Notes under the pieces: model-generated
Told to the model about the DNA's origin: nothing
The model's database searches: none
The model's input: only the letters and a program-made list of their open reading frames with translations
Part shown: positions 30,964 through 40,424 of the stretch, piece after piece
Position numbering within the stretch: position 1 is the first letter of the stretch
Layout of the letters: every line of letters begins with the position of its first letter
Source of the DNA: an uncultured Chthonomonadaceae bacterium
GTDB taxonomy: Bacteria > Armatimonadota > Chthonomonadetes > Chthonomonadales > Chthonomonadaceae
Length of the DNA stretch: 64,000 nt
Assembly: GCA_963817895.1 (NCBI GenBank)
Contig: CAWFQB010000006.1
Coordinates: 1 to 64,000, forward strand
Direction: 5' to 3'
Program-made: the position numbers and the translations under genes

Positions 30964-31054
30964 GGAGTAGGAAATCCACATTATATTTCTGTATTCGTAT
31001 AACTTTACAGAACAGGATTGTGGTTCTACTCCCTACTCCCTACTCCCTACTCCC
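30956..31054. repeat. heptamer hairpin GGGAGTA / TACTCCC
   Basis: GGGAGTA x2 ... TACTCCC x4 around an AT-rich loop; supplies the MFP stop codon. Confidence 0.8.
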
Positions 31055-31059
31055 TGCCT

Positions 31060-34000
31060 ATGTGGTTTACCCGATTAGCCATTGCCCGCCCGATACTTAT
31101 CTGGATGGTCCTGCTCGCGATAGCGATTATGGGACTGATGGCGTACTTTCGCCTGCCCGCCGAACTTAATCCCCGCGTGGATATTCCCACTCTCACGATT
31201 ACCACCGTTTACCCCGGAGCCGGGCCGCCCGAAATCGAAACGCAAATCAGCAAGCCGCTTGAAGAGGTTGTCGGGGCTGTGCCGGGTGTGCGCGATGTGT
31301 ATTCCAGTTCGCAGGCCAATGTGTCTGTTATCAGCATGAATTTGCAGGTTGGCACGAATCTGGATGTGGCATCGGCGAATGTGCGCGGGCGCATTGAGAC
31401 GGTACGGGCGCAATTGCCGCAGGGCGCGAACGCGCCGGTTATTGCTAAACTGGACCTCAACGCGCAGCCGATATTGTACTACGGCCTGACCTCCACCACC
31501 CAATCCGTGCAGCAGTTGCGCCGACTGGCCGACAATACCCTGCGTCCCCGTTTGGAGCGGGTTCCCGGCGTGGCAAGCGTACAGGTGTTGGGCGGCAGGC
31601 TGCGCGAAATCCATGTAGATGTGGATTCCCTGCGGCTATCTGCCAACCACCTGACGATGGAAGATGTTGTCAACGCCCTGAAAGCGTCGGGACGCGACGT
31701 TCCCGGCGGAGCCGTGTCGCAGGGCAATCGGGAAACCGACGTGCGCCTGTCCGCGTCCTTCACCTCCCTTGACGCTATCCGAAATACGCAAATACAGGGG
31801 TCAGGCTTCAGGGGTCAGGGGTCAGGGACGCCACTATCAACCCTCAACTATCAACTATCAACTCCCCCCGTTACAATTGCCGATGTCGCTAACGTTACAG
31901 ACACGCTCGGCGAACCTGCCAGCGTGAACCGCATCAACGGGCAGGCAGGCGTCAGTCTGGTGTTGATGAAGTCGCCGGATTCCAGCACGGTCACGGTAGT
32001 CAATGCCGTCAAGCAGGAATTGGACGCGCTCAAACCGGACTTGCCGAAGGATTTGAAACTGGTTGTTTTGCGCGACGATGGCGAAACGGTCGGAGAAGCC
32101 CTGAGCGATGTGGATACCAGTCTGGTTTTGGGCGCGCTGCTTGCCGTCACGGTGATTCTGCTGTTTCTGCACAATCTGCGCGGCACGTTTATCGTCGCGC
32201 TTGCCATTCCCGCGTGTATGGTGGCGACGTTTCTGGTGATGTACATTGCCGACTTCACCCTGAATCAGATGACGCTGCTGGCATTGTCCCTATCCGTTGG
32301 TATTCTGGTAGACGACAGCATCGTGGTGTTGGAAAGCATCACGCGGCATTTGAATCAGGGCGAATCGCCCCACGAAGCCGCCATCAACGGACGGTCGGAA
32401 ATCGGCTTCGCGGACATTACGACAACGCTGGTGGATGTGGTCGTGTACGTGCCGATAGCGTTCATGGGCGGCATTGTGGGCGGCTTTTTCAAGCAGTTCG
32501 GCCTGTGCATCGCAACCGCAACCCTGTTTTCGCTGATTGTCTCGTTTTCGCTGACGCCCATGCTGGCGGCGCGGTGGTACAAACAGGGCGAAAATCTGGA
32601 ACACAAGCGCGGCCTATACGCCCTGCTGGACAAGTTATATCTAGGATTGGAGGTTCGTTATCGGCGCGTTATCGGGTGGGCGCTGCATCGCCGCTGGATT
32701 GTGCTGCTTGTAAGCGTTTTGGCGCTTGGCGGCATCTTTGTGGTCGCGTTCACGCATCTTGGGTTTGAATTTTTGCCCGGTTCGGATCAGGGGCAAATCG
32801 CTATCAGCGTGGAATTGCCGCCCGGAACCAGTCTGGACGCGACCACGCAGGCGGCGAAGCGGGTCGAGCAGGCGATAGGGCAACGGGCGGATGTGACCGC
32901 CTCGGTAACAAACGTGGGGCAGATTTTGGGCGGCTTCGGTTCCATACCGCAGCAGGGAGCGCAGTACGCGCAAATCAACCTGCGACTGGCGGATAAGGCA
33001 ACCCTGCTGGACAGGATACGCCATTCGGAACGTCGCCTGCGCAATCAATCGGATCAGGAAATCACCACGCAGTTACGCAAGCAGTTGAAGCCGCTGGAAA
33101 CAACCCTGGGCAGCAAGATTAGCGTGTCTGCGGTGCGTTCCGTGACGGGCATATCGCTGCCGGTCAACATCCAATTGCGCGGCTCGGACGTGAACCAACT
33201 CGCTAAATTCGCCGAACAGGTGCGCGACGAAATGAAAACCATGCCGGAACTGCTCGACCCGGACGTGTCCTCGCGCAGCGGCAAGCCGGAAGTGCGGGCG
33301 CAGATTGACCCGGTTCGGGCGGCGCAGTTGAACGTTCCCCCGGCCTTCGCGGGAGCCATTGTGCGCGACGCCATTGCGGGCAACACGGACGCGGTTTACC
33401 GGGATGCCGGGTTGGGCGACGAGTTTCCCATTCGGGTACGCCTTGCGGACGTGGATCGCGACGATCCCGCTGACGTAGGCAATGTGGTTGTGGGCTATGA
33501 CACGAGTGGCAATGGGGTTGCTCTTGCGGACGTGGCCGACATTCGGACGGAAACCGGGCCGAGCGCGATTGAGCGCAACAACGGGCAGCGCATGATTACG
33601 GTCACGGCCAATCTCGCGCCGGGTATTCCGCTTGGCAACGCCCAGCAGCGAATTCAGCGCGAAGTTTTGGACAAACTGCCGCACCCCAACATTAACATTC
33701 ACTGGAGCGGCGAAACAGAAACCCTCAACGAAAACGCCATTCCGTTCGCGACCGCGCTGATACTGGCGGGCATTCTGGTCTACATCGTAATGGCCTCCCT
33801 GTTCAACAATTTAGGCACGCCGTTCGTGATTATGTTCGCCCTGCCCATAGCCTTAGTGGGCGCGTTGGGCGCGTTGGTAATCACGGGCGAAACCATGTCG
33901 CTGATCGCGGCCATTGGCATTATCATGCTTGTCGGCCTGATGGGGCGCAACGGAATTCTGTTGCTGGACTACGCCAATACCCTGCGTTCGCGCGGTCTGG

Positions 34001-34251
34001 AACGCAATGAAGCCCTGATGGAAGCCGGAGCCACCCGCCTGCGCCCCATTCTGATGACCACAACCGCCACCATTGTCGGCATGATTCCCGTCGCCCTGCG
34101 CATCGGCAAAGCGAGTGAAGTACGCGCGCCGATGGCGATAGTGGTAATCGGCGGCCTGCTCGTATCCACCGTCCTCACCCTCGTTCTCATCCCCGTCCTC
34201 TACTCCCTCTACGACGATGTAACCGGTAAAAAGCCTCCGGTTCAGGATTGA
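31060..34251 (+). CDS. AcrB/AcrD/AcrF family RND permease
   Basis: TVYPGAGPPEIE, GILVDDSIVVLE, SLTPML, RNGILLLDY, RLRPILMTT. Confidence 0.93.
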   Translation: MWFTRLAIARPILIWMVLLAIAIMGLMAYFRLPAELNPRVDIPTLTITTVYPGAGPPEIETQISKPLEEVVGAVPGVRDVYSSSQANVSVISMNLQVGTNLDVASANVRGRIETVRAQLPQGANAPVIAKLDLNAQPILYYGLTSTTQSVQQLRRLADNTLRPRLERVPGVASVQVLGGRLREIHVDVDSLRLSANHLTMEDVVNALKASGRDVPGGAVSQGNRETDVRLSASFTSLDAIRNTQIQGSGFRGQGSGTPLSTLNYQLSTPPVTIADVANVTDTLGEPASVNRINGQAGVSLVLMKSPDSSTVTVVNAVKQELDALKPDLPKDLKLVVLRDDGETVGEALSDVDTSLVLGALLAVTVILLFLHNLRGTFIVALAIPACMVATFLVMYIADFTLNQMTLLALSLSVGILVDDSIVVLESITRHLNQGESPHEAAINGRSEIGFADITTTLVDVVVYVPIAFMGGIVGGFFKQFGLCIATATLFSLIVSFSLTPMLAARWYKQGENLEHKRGLYALLDKLYLGLEVRYRRVIGWALHRRWIVLLVSVLALGGIFVVAFTHLGFEFLPGSDQGQIAISVELPPGTSLDATTQAAKRVEQAIGQRADVTASVTNVGQILGGFGSIPQQGAQYAQINLRLADKATLLDRIRHSERRLRNQSDQEITTQLRKQLKPLETTLGSKISVSAVRSVTGISLPVNIQLRGSDVNQLAKFAEQVRDEMKTMPELLDPDVSSRSGKPEVRAQIDPVRAAQLNVPPAFAGAIVRDAIAGNTDAVYRDAGLGDEFPIRVRLADVDRDDPADVGNVVVGYDTSGNGVALADVADIRTETGPSAIERNNGQRMITVTANLAPGIPLGNAQQRIQREVLDKLPHPNINIHWSGETETLNENAIPFATALILAGILVYIVMASLFNNLGTPFVIMFALPIALVGALGALVITGETMSLIAAIGIIMLVGLMGRNGILLLDYANTLRSRGLERNEALMEAGATRLRPILMTTTATIVGMIPVALRIGKASEVRAPMAIVVIGGLLVSTVLTLVLIPVLYSLYDDVTGKKPPVQD

Positions 34252-34261
34252 AGCGGCAACA

Positions 34262-34290
34262 TTGACCGCCTGCAATTTGTGCGTTATAAT
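34262..34290 (+). promoter_or_regulatory. sigma70-type promoter
   Basis: TTGACC-17 bp-TATAAT upstream of the ParD-like gene. Confidence 0.7.
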
Positions 34291-34334
34291 GAACCAAGAA
34301 CGAACAATGAATATCGTGATGGAGGATTAGAATC

Positions 34335-34601
34335 ATGGTAGCTGTCAACATTTCCCTTCCCGACCAGTTGAAGCAGTACGTAGATACCCGGCTCAATGAG
34401 GGCGGCTACAACGACACCAGCGCGTTTATCCATGACCTGATTTCCGCAGACCAGAAACGGCGGGCGCAGGAGCGTCTGGAAATGCTGCTTCAGGAGGGGC
34501 TTGACAGTGGGGAACCGATTGAACTGACCGATGAGACGGTTCAGCAGATGCGCAGGGAGTTGATAGAACGCATCAGCAAGGACACAGCCAGTGGCAACTA
34601 A
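34335..34601 (+). CDS. ParD-like antitoxin (CopG/Arc/MetJ RHH)
   Basis: NISLPDQLKQYV..GGYNDTSAFIHDLI..LQEGLDSG; GGAGG RBS. Confidence 0.8.
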   Translation: MVAVNISLPDQLKQYVDTRLNEGGYNDTSAFIHDLISADQKRRAQERLEMLLQEGLDSGEPIELTDETVQQMRRELIERISKDTASGN

Positions 34602-34812
34602 ACGTATAAAAGTCCAGTCGCAGGCCAGATTTAGTGCCAATCAAGAGCAGGATGAAATTCGCCGTTTGCGGCTGGAAGAACTACACCGGGAGATTGGTCG
34701 TGGCGAGGAAAGTTTGACGCGAGGCGAATCGCGCGTGTTTCACTCCGGCGAGGAACTTGCGGCGCATATTGAAGCCGCAGGGCAGAAACTTCTCGGTGAG
34801 AAGTTGGCATGA
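34591..34812 (+). CDS. small protein resembling the C-terminal half of a ParD-like antitoxin
   Basis: RLEELHREIGRGEESLTRGE; overlaps both neighbours. Confidence 0.45.
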   Translation: MATKRIKVQSQARFSANQEQDEIRRLRLEELHREIGRGEESLTRGESRVFHSGEELAAHIEAAGQKLLGEKLA

Positions 34813-35616
34813 ATGACATGGACGAATTAGAACTATTGCGGCAACGCGTTCAACAACTGGAAAAAGAACTGGCCGAAGCGCGTCAAGTTCAGTCAATGGA
34901 TCGAATTTCGCCAATTGAATTGTATAAAATGCGCGCGTTTCTTACGCCATTGAAAGGATTTGTTCGCACTCTGCTCGACGACGAAAAAGAGGAGTGGTAT
35001 ACCCGCGAAGACCGCCGTGAGTTTTATACCATTTTGGAAGAAAACATTGATCGGCTGTCTGATCTTAATAGGGTTTGGCAGGGTGGAAAGAAAGAAGCAC
35101 TGCCCTCTGGTCTTGATATGTACTGGCAAGCCGATGTAGATGTACGCAAAATCGTGGAAAGCGTTGTTGCCGTACATCAAAGACAAACTAATAAGCATAC
35201 GCTGGTAGTTGATTTTGAGCCTCAGCAAATTTTGGTTGAAGCCGATGCGGGAAAACTTGAGATTCTTCTGGATACTCTGGATTGCCAATGCAATCAAATA
35301 TTCACCGGACGGGGGAGAAGTTCGGATTCGCGCTCGTCTGGAACCGCCGAATACCGAATGGGCGTGTGGAACGCTTCTGCTGCAAGTGAAGGATCAAGGG
35401 CTTGGGTTGAGTAAATCCGAGTTGAAACCAGTAGGTCATATATTTATCACTCCAAAACAGGGACAGCGCAACCCGGATGCTTCCAAGGGGCTGTGGCAGA
35501 CCAAAGGCATCATCAAGGCGCATCATGGCAAATTCCGGCTTGAAAGTGAGGGACATGGGAAAGGCTTAACCTTCAACGTCCGTATGCCCATGAAGCAGCC
35601 AGAGGCAGAAGATTAG
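34809..35616 (+). CDS. sensor-less histidine kinase-like protein, degenerate H-box; +1 indel near 35280
   Basis: LTPLKGFVRTLL..RREFYTIL HisKA-like region; N-box IANAIKYSPDGG, VKDQGLG, HHGKFRLESEGHGKG. Confidence 0.65.
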
Positions 35617-35711
35617 AACCTGAATGATGGAATACAGGAGAAGTCTATGACATTGACTATTGAACTTATGCTGGAACAGGAAGCGCAACTTACAAGATGG
35701 ACAGGTGAAAA

Positions 35712-36272
35712 TTATATCTCTGCTTGATGAGGCTGAAGCAGGCTGACTGTCTTGTAAAGTCCACACTGGACCAGAGTTGCAAGGTACTCTTCAACGGTTT
35801 TGGGTGGGTTTACCAATGCCTCACGATGGCGCTTGACTAATTGTACAAATTGCAGCGGGTCGGCTTTATACAGACCTGCCGCAAAATCGTCCGGGTGAAC
35901 GGCCTGCACATGGTAAGCGGCAAGAATCTTCGCGGGAAAGTCCGACAGGTTGAAAGTGACGATCACGGGAGCCTGCGCGGTGATGGCAGCGGCGAGTACA
36001 TGCCGGTCATTGGCATCAGGAAGCGTCAGGGTAGGAATCAGTGTTTCATAACCCGTCACCAGACACTTCCCGCCATGAAGGTTCATCAGGTCGCGTGTGC
36101 GCGTAAGTTGCGCCAATGTCACATCCGGGCGATCCGCCAGCACGTTACGTATCCATTCCTCATGGATGGTGTCCGTCCATTTTGGCTGATACAGCCTAAC
36201 CGCCAGACGCATAAAGAAGTCTCGCAAGGCAGCCGGATAGAGAACGCAAGCATCTAAAACAGCCGCCTGCAT
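35712..36272 (-). CDS. PIN domain toxin (PIN_3-like)
   Basis: AVLDACVL, LPDANDRHVLAAA, IVTFNLSDFP. Confidence 0.85.
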   Translation of the reverse strand: MQAAVLDACVLYPAALRDFFMRLAVRLYQPKWTDTIHEEWIRNVLADRPDVTLAQLTRTRDLMNLHGGKCLVTGYETLIPTLTLPDANDRHVLAAAITAQAPVIVTFNLSDFPAKILAAYHVQAVHPDDFAAGLYKADPLQFVQLVKRHREALVNPPKTVEEYLATLVQCGLYKTVSLLQPHQAEI

Positions 36273-36748
36273 CAGTACATTCCCAACTTCTGCGCTTCCG
36301 CAACCAGTTCGTCCAAGCCCCGATGCCGTTCCGCTTCCTCTTGTTCTTTGTAGCGCAGTAAGTCGTTTAGCGTTACACGCCGCCGCGAACCTACTTTGCG
36401 AAAGGGAATTTTGCCTTGTTCCAGCAGTTTGACAACATAAGGGCGTGAAACATTCAGGAAGTCAGCAGCCTGTTGCGTGGTAACTTCAGTATCCGTAGTC
36501 AGCACCACAATATTCTTACCGTAGCCCAATTCTCGCAGGATTGTGGAAAGCAGAGGGAGAACAGCGTTGGGCAAAGTAATTTCGGCCTGTTGCTCATCGG
36601 CCTGTTCTATATTCACGCGCAGAGTTGCGTTTTGAAACTTTTGTTTCGCTTTGCCCAAATCGTGCAGCAGCGCAATGCCGGATTCGTTGGCAAGGCGCGC
36701 TTCGTCTTGTGAAAGAGGGTTACTGGCATATTGGCCTAAAATTTGCAT
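36272..36748 (-). CDS. excisionase-type HTH (HTH_17) protein, probable antitoxin partner
   Basis: TTQQAADFLNVSRPYVVKLLEQGKIPFRKVGSRRR; coupled to the PIN gene. Confidence 0.85.
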   Translation of the reverse strand: MQILGQYASNPLSQDEARLANESGIALLHDLGKAKQKFQNATLRVNIEQADEQQAEITLPNAVLPLLSTILRELGYGKNIVVLTTDTEVTTQQAADFLNVSRPYVVKLLEQGKIPFRKVGSRRRVTLNDLLRYKEQEEAERHRGLDELVAEAQKLGMY

Positions 36749-37060
36749 GATTGTCTCCTGCCCTATTATACGAAATAAGCGAAAAGAACGCAAGGAACGA
36801 AACACAAATAGTGGAGCAATGTTGCTGAAATTCGCCGTAGTTAGTAGAATGAGACAGGAAAAATTATGGCACTAACATCGTATAGAGGAGGAAATCAGCC
36901 CTTTTGTATAGAAATGGCAGCCACCTGCGATAGTGGCCGTCCGCCTTTTCATAAAACGTTTGTACTCATTCAATTATTTCTGTATAGCGAAAACTGGCGA
37001 TACTTCTTCACAGAACACGCCGGACGGTCAGCGGGTGAAAGGGAAAGGTGACTCTTGTTG

Positions 37061-37540
37061 ATGTACCGAAACCGATCTATTCTGAGCGCGGGGTTTTTTG
37101 TCGCGCTGCCGTTGTGCGTGTTGCTGGCGGCGGGGTGTTCCAAATCGCCGGATGCGGCAACCTCCCCAACTTCTTCCGGTTCTGCTTCTGACGCGCCGAT
37201 GCCGGGCGGGGGTGGAGGAGCGGGACAAAACGGCGGCGGGCCGGGTGGGGGCATGCGCGGCGGTGGCGGACCCGGAGGCGGCGGGATGCGCGGCGGTGGG
37301 CGCGGTGGCCCGGTTGCCGAAAACGCGACGGGCGTGGAGATTTATCAGGCGAAATGCAACTGTCACGGGCCGGAAGGCAAAGGCGGACGCGCCCCGGTAC
37401 TGACGAGCGTTGCCAGCCGCTCGGATGAGGATTTAACGAAAATCATCCATGACGGACACGACAAAATGCCGGCTTTTAGTACGCAGTTGTCAGACGCGCA
37501 GATTACAAAGGTCGTCGCGTATCTCAAACAACTCAAATAA
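37061..37540 (+). CDS. lipoprotein monoheme cytochrome c with contracted CxCH motif
   Basis: lipobox AAGC, Gly-rich linker, GVEIYQAKCNCHGPEGKG, KMPAF distal Met, LSDAQITKVVAYL. Confidence 0.75.
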   Translation: MYRNRSILSAGFFVALPLCVLLAAGCSKSPDAATSPTSSGSASDAPMPGGGGGAGQNGGGPGGGMRGGGGPGGGGMRGGGRGGPVAENATGVEIYQAKCNCHGPEGKGGRAPVLTSVASRSDEDLTKIIHDGHDKMPAFSTQLSDAQITKVVAYLKQLK

Positions 37541-37563
37541 CTCCTGTGTTCTTGCGAAAGTCG

Positions 37564-37596
37564 GACGCGCAACTCATTGCCAGTGAGTTGCGCGTC
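37564..37596. terminator. perfect 13-bp hairpin between convergent genes
   Basis: GACGCGCAACTCA-7 nt-TGAGTTGCGCGTC. Confidence 0.55.
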
Positions 37597-37654
37597 TCAT
37601 CTTATGAGAGGGTTGTCTATGGGAAGAACTGGTTTGTGCCAGTAGGCAAAGTTC

Positions 37655-40330
37655 TCAATACTTTCTTTGCTCTTCCAGACGGGCCGCGAACGTGCCGATC
37701 ATAGCGTTGAACGGGCCGATGAGACTGGCGCGGCGGTCGTATTCGTTGCGAGATGGGTCGCCATACGTATAGATGAACACGATGGGATTGCCGGGTTGCA
37801 GCGATTTCAGGTTGGGGCGGTCGGGCGGAATATGGCCCGGAATGTACTCGATGCGCAGCGTTGGATTTTCCATACCCTTGCTGCCGGGGCGTTTATCGGT
37901 GTCGGGATCATACACGGCCAGCGAAATGAACTTCTTCTGCAAGGCCAGCGGCAGTTTGTTGGCCTGTAGTTCTTTGCCATTGATTAATTCCCAGCGCATT
38001 TCGGCGGGAACAGTCGCCAGAAACCGCCAGTGGTCGCGCAGGTTGGTGGAGCGGGCATAGTTCCATTCCTGTAAATTGTACATGGCAAGCGCCCCTTCAA
38101 ACGTTGTCAGCGCGTCCAGTTGCGTATTGGACAACTGCCCTATTTCCGTTAAATCATCCAGTGTCAGGACGCCGTGTTCGCGCCGGGACGCGGCCCATCG
38201 CGCCAGTTTACGGGCAGGCACTTCTTTGGGACGGTCATAAAACCAGCTTGTGCTGCGGAACGTGAGCCAGTCGCCATCCCGCGTCCAGCGCTCGTGCAGG
38301 GTATCGCCCAACCGGTTCAGCGCGTCGAAAACGGTCGCGTTAGTTTCCGTCACTTTGGCGGGCGCGTACAGTCGCGTGTAAGCATCGCCAATCACGTCCT
38401 TCCCGGTTGCCTTGAAAATGGCTTCCAACACATCCCCGGTCACGCATTTCTTACCCGCGAGTTCACTCATGCCCTCCACATCCGGTATATTCGCGCCAAA
38501 TTCCAGTTTGCAGGAGGGCTGCGGTTCAATCGTAACCTGCTTTTGCAGGTCGGCGTCGTGGGCGTGTTTCGCGTTGGCAAGCGCGTTTTGCGGACTGGAA
38601 ATGGCGGGGCTGCTCACCTCCGCGAACGTGATGCCGTGTCCGATACCATCCTTGCCGCCGTCCGTTGTGACGTTCAGATTGATGTCGCCTTTCAGCGTCA
38701 ACTTTCCCAACTGGCTGCGATCCAGTTTTAGTTCCGACGTTATGTTGATTGCTTTCGCGCTGGAAAGGGGCAGGCTGTCGGCGGGAATATTATGCGACAT
38801 CAGGGGCGGGCCGGACGCGCCCGGATGCGGATTGATGCGCGTGTCCTCAAACGATTTCAGGATTTCCGGTCGGAGCGCGGCGGGCAGACTTCGGCTGCCG
38901 TTTTCCCCGGACATAGAGAAACTGAGCGGCTGCCCGGTTCTCAATAACTGCATGTCTTCGGGCGACAGGCCAAAGTACAGGTTTGCGGGCAGCCAGCCGC
39001 CATACGCGAGGGGGAACACGTTGATGGCGTCTTCGGGCTTCAGGGTTTTTTCCAGATCGCGCAGTCGGGAGGCGTCCATTCCTTTGTAGCGCCGGTACTT
39101 CTCCATGGCTTTATCCAGCGCAATCAACGCCTCGTCCTGATCCTGATTCCGCGCCTCCTCTTCCAGCAGTTGTGACCGCGTGGATTGCGTGAGTTCGTAC
39201 TTATACGCGCCTTCTACCCCTTCGCGCAGCCACTGAAAGCCGAAATGCTTGCTGATCTGCCCCATGATGTCGCGAACCGGACGCTCGTGGCAATAAATCG
39301 TGACGTTATCATCCGCAACCCGTGAGTTGGCGACAAGCGTAAGCCCGGTTTCTTCGCTGATCTGTTTCAGCAGCGCGGACAGCGCCATTTCCTTGACGCC
39401 AAGCCGGATTTTACGGGCAAGCCGCGTATCCACAATCGCCTTTGCCTGCGCGTAAACCTCAAGAGCCGCCCGTAATGCGGGTTTCCCTCCTCCGGCGAGT
39501 TGCGGCAGGGGAACAGTCACGAAATCATCTCCCTTGCGCGAAGCGGCAATCAGGAGCGCGACTTCGGCTTCCAGGGCGTGGGATTTGACGGGCGAAGCCG
39601 ATGTCCAGCGTTCCATAGTTTCGGCGGGTGAAGAGTTCAGGAAGGCAAGGTCATCCTGAGCCGCAACTGTCCGACGGGTATTCTGTTCGGGCTTTGTTCC
39701 TATCTGCCGTTCAATTTCAACAATGGCTTTGCGCGGCATTGATATTCGCGTCCGGCTAGTTTCTTGCGTCGTTTCGGTGAGCGCGGGAGAAAGAGCGATA
39801 TGCGTGGTCACAATGTTGGGTTGGCTCGATACTGTTTTTTTCTGCGCGACCGGGTGAGCGCGTAACTGTACAATGGCCGGCAAGGTTATCGCCTGTTCTG
39901 GATTACTACAGCAAGCTGAAATGTCTTGCGCGAGAACAGACGGCGCAACAGCGGGAACGTCCTGCGAATTTGTCCACACGCGCGGCATCCACAAGGCCAA
40001 TCCAGTTATACTTGCAAGCGCCACGCCCATTCCTGCCAGATACCTCACCCCAACCCCTCTTCTTGCCGCTCGTTCCTCACTAAAAGAGGGGCTATTTTGT
40101 TGCAATTGCAGGCGCAGGGTTTCCCATGTAGCCTGTGAGGTTGGCTGCGGTTGCTGAAGCGCGGTTGTCGCAAGATTTACTGCACGACGGTATTCGGCTG
40201 CCTGTGCGCTGCAATCCGCGCACTGCCGCAAGTGCTGTTCCAGCGCCGTTTTCTGTGACGCAGGCAGGCGATCCAGAGCGTAATCAAGCCAGTAGGACGA
40301 CCATTGTTTACATTTCCATCGCGCGAACAT
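37655..40330 (-). CDS. ZAS (zf-HC2) anti-sigma factor with TM helix and large extracytoplasmic region
   Basis: HLRQCADC, one TM helix, then STN-like segments (LSALLKQISEETGL.., VLEAIFKATG..). Confidence 0.7.
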   Translation of the reverse strand: MFARWKCKQWSSYWLDYALDRLPASQKTALEQHLRQCADCSAQAAEYRRAVNLATTALQQPQPTSQATWETLRLQLQQNSPSFSEERAARRGVGVRYLAGMGVALASITGLALWMPRVWTNSQDVPAVAPSVLAQDISACCSNPEQAITLPAIVQLRAHPVAQKKTVSSQPNIVTTHIALSPALTETTQETSRTRISMPRKAIVEIERQIGTKPEQNTRRTVAAQDDLAFLNSSPAETMERWTSASPVKSHALEAEVALLIAASRKGDDFVTVPLPQLAGGGKPALRAALEVYAQAKAIVDTRLARKIRLGVKEMALSALLKQISEETGLTLVANSRVADDNVTIYCHERPVRDIMGQISKHFGFQWLREGVEGAYKYELTQSTRSQLLEEEARNQDQDEALIALDKAMEKYRRYKGMDASRLRDLEKTLKPEDAINVFPLAYGGWLPANLYFGLSPEDMQLLRTGQPLSFSMSGENGSRSLPAALRPEILKSFEDTRINPHPGASGPPLMSHNIPADSLPLSSAKAINITSELKLDRSQLGKLTLKGDINLNVTTDGGKDGIGHGITFAEVSSPAISSPQNALANAKHAHDADLQKQVTIEPQPSCKLEFGANIPDVEGMSELAGKKCVTGDVLEAIFKATGKDVIGDAYTRLYAPAKVTETNATVFDALNRLGDTLHERWTRDGDWLTFRSTSWFYDRPKEVPARKLARWAASRREHGVLTLDDLTEIGQLSNTQLDALTTFEGALAMYNLQEWNYARSTNLRDHWRFLATVPAEMRWELINGKELQANKLPLALQKKFISLAVYDPDTDKRPGSKGMENPTLRIEYIPGHIPPDRPNLKSLQPGNPIVFIYTYGDPSRNEYDRRASLIGPFNAMIGTFAARLEEQRKY

Positions 40331-40360
40331 GGTTTGCTCCCTTAGAATAGTGAGGAACAC

Positions 40361-40424
40361 TGAACGCTGAACGATGAATAGTATTCTGCCACTTATTCAT
40401 CCTTCATCCCTCATCCTTCATCCT
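40361..40424. repeat. heptamer hairpin TGAACGC / TTCATCC
   Basis: TGAACGC TGAACGA TGAA ... TTCATCC-type x4; overlaps the sigma factor stop. Confidence 0.65.

Noticed and set aside
22788..31863. CRISPR array
   Set aside because: Repeats are 7-9-nt tandem units in inverted arms, not 25-40-nt direct repeats with unique spacers; no cas genes
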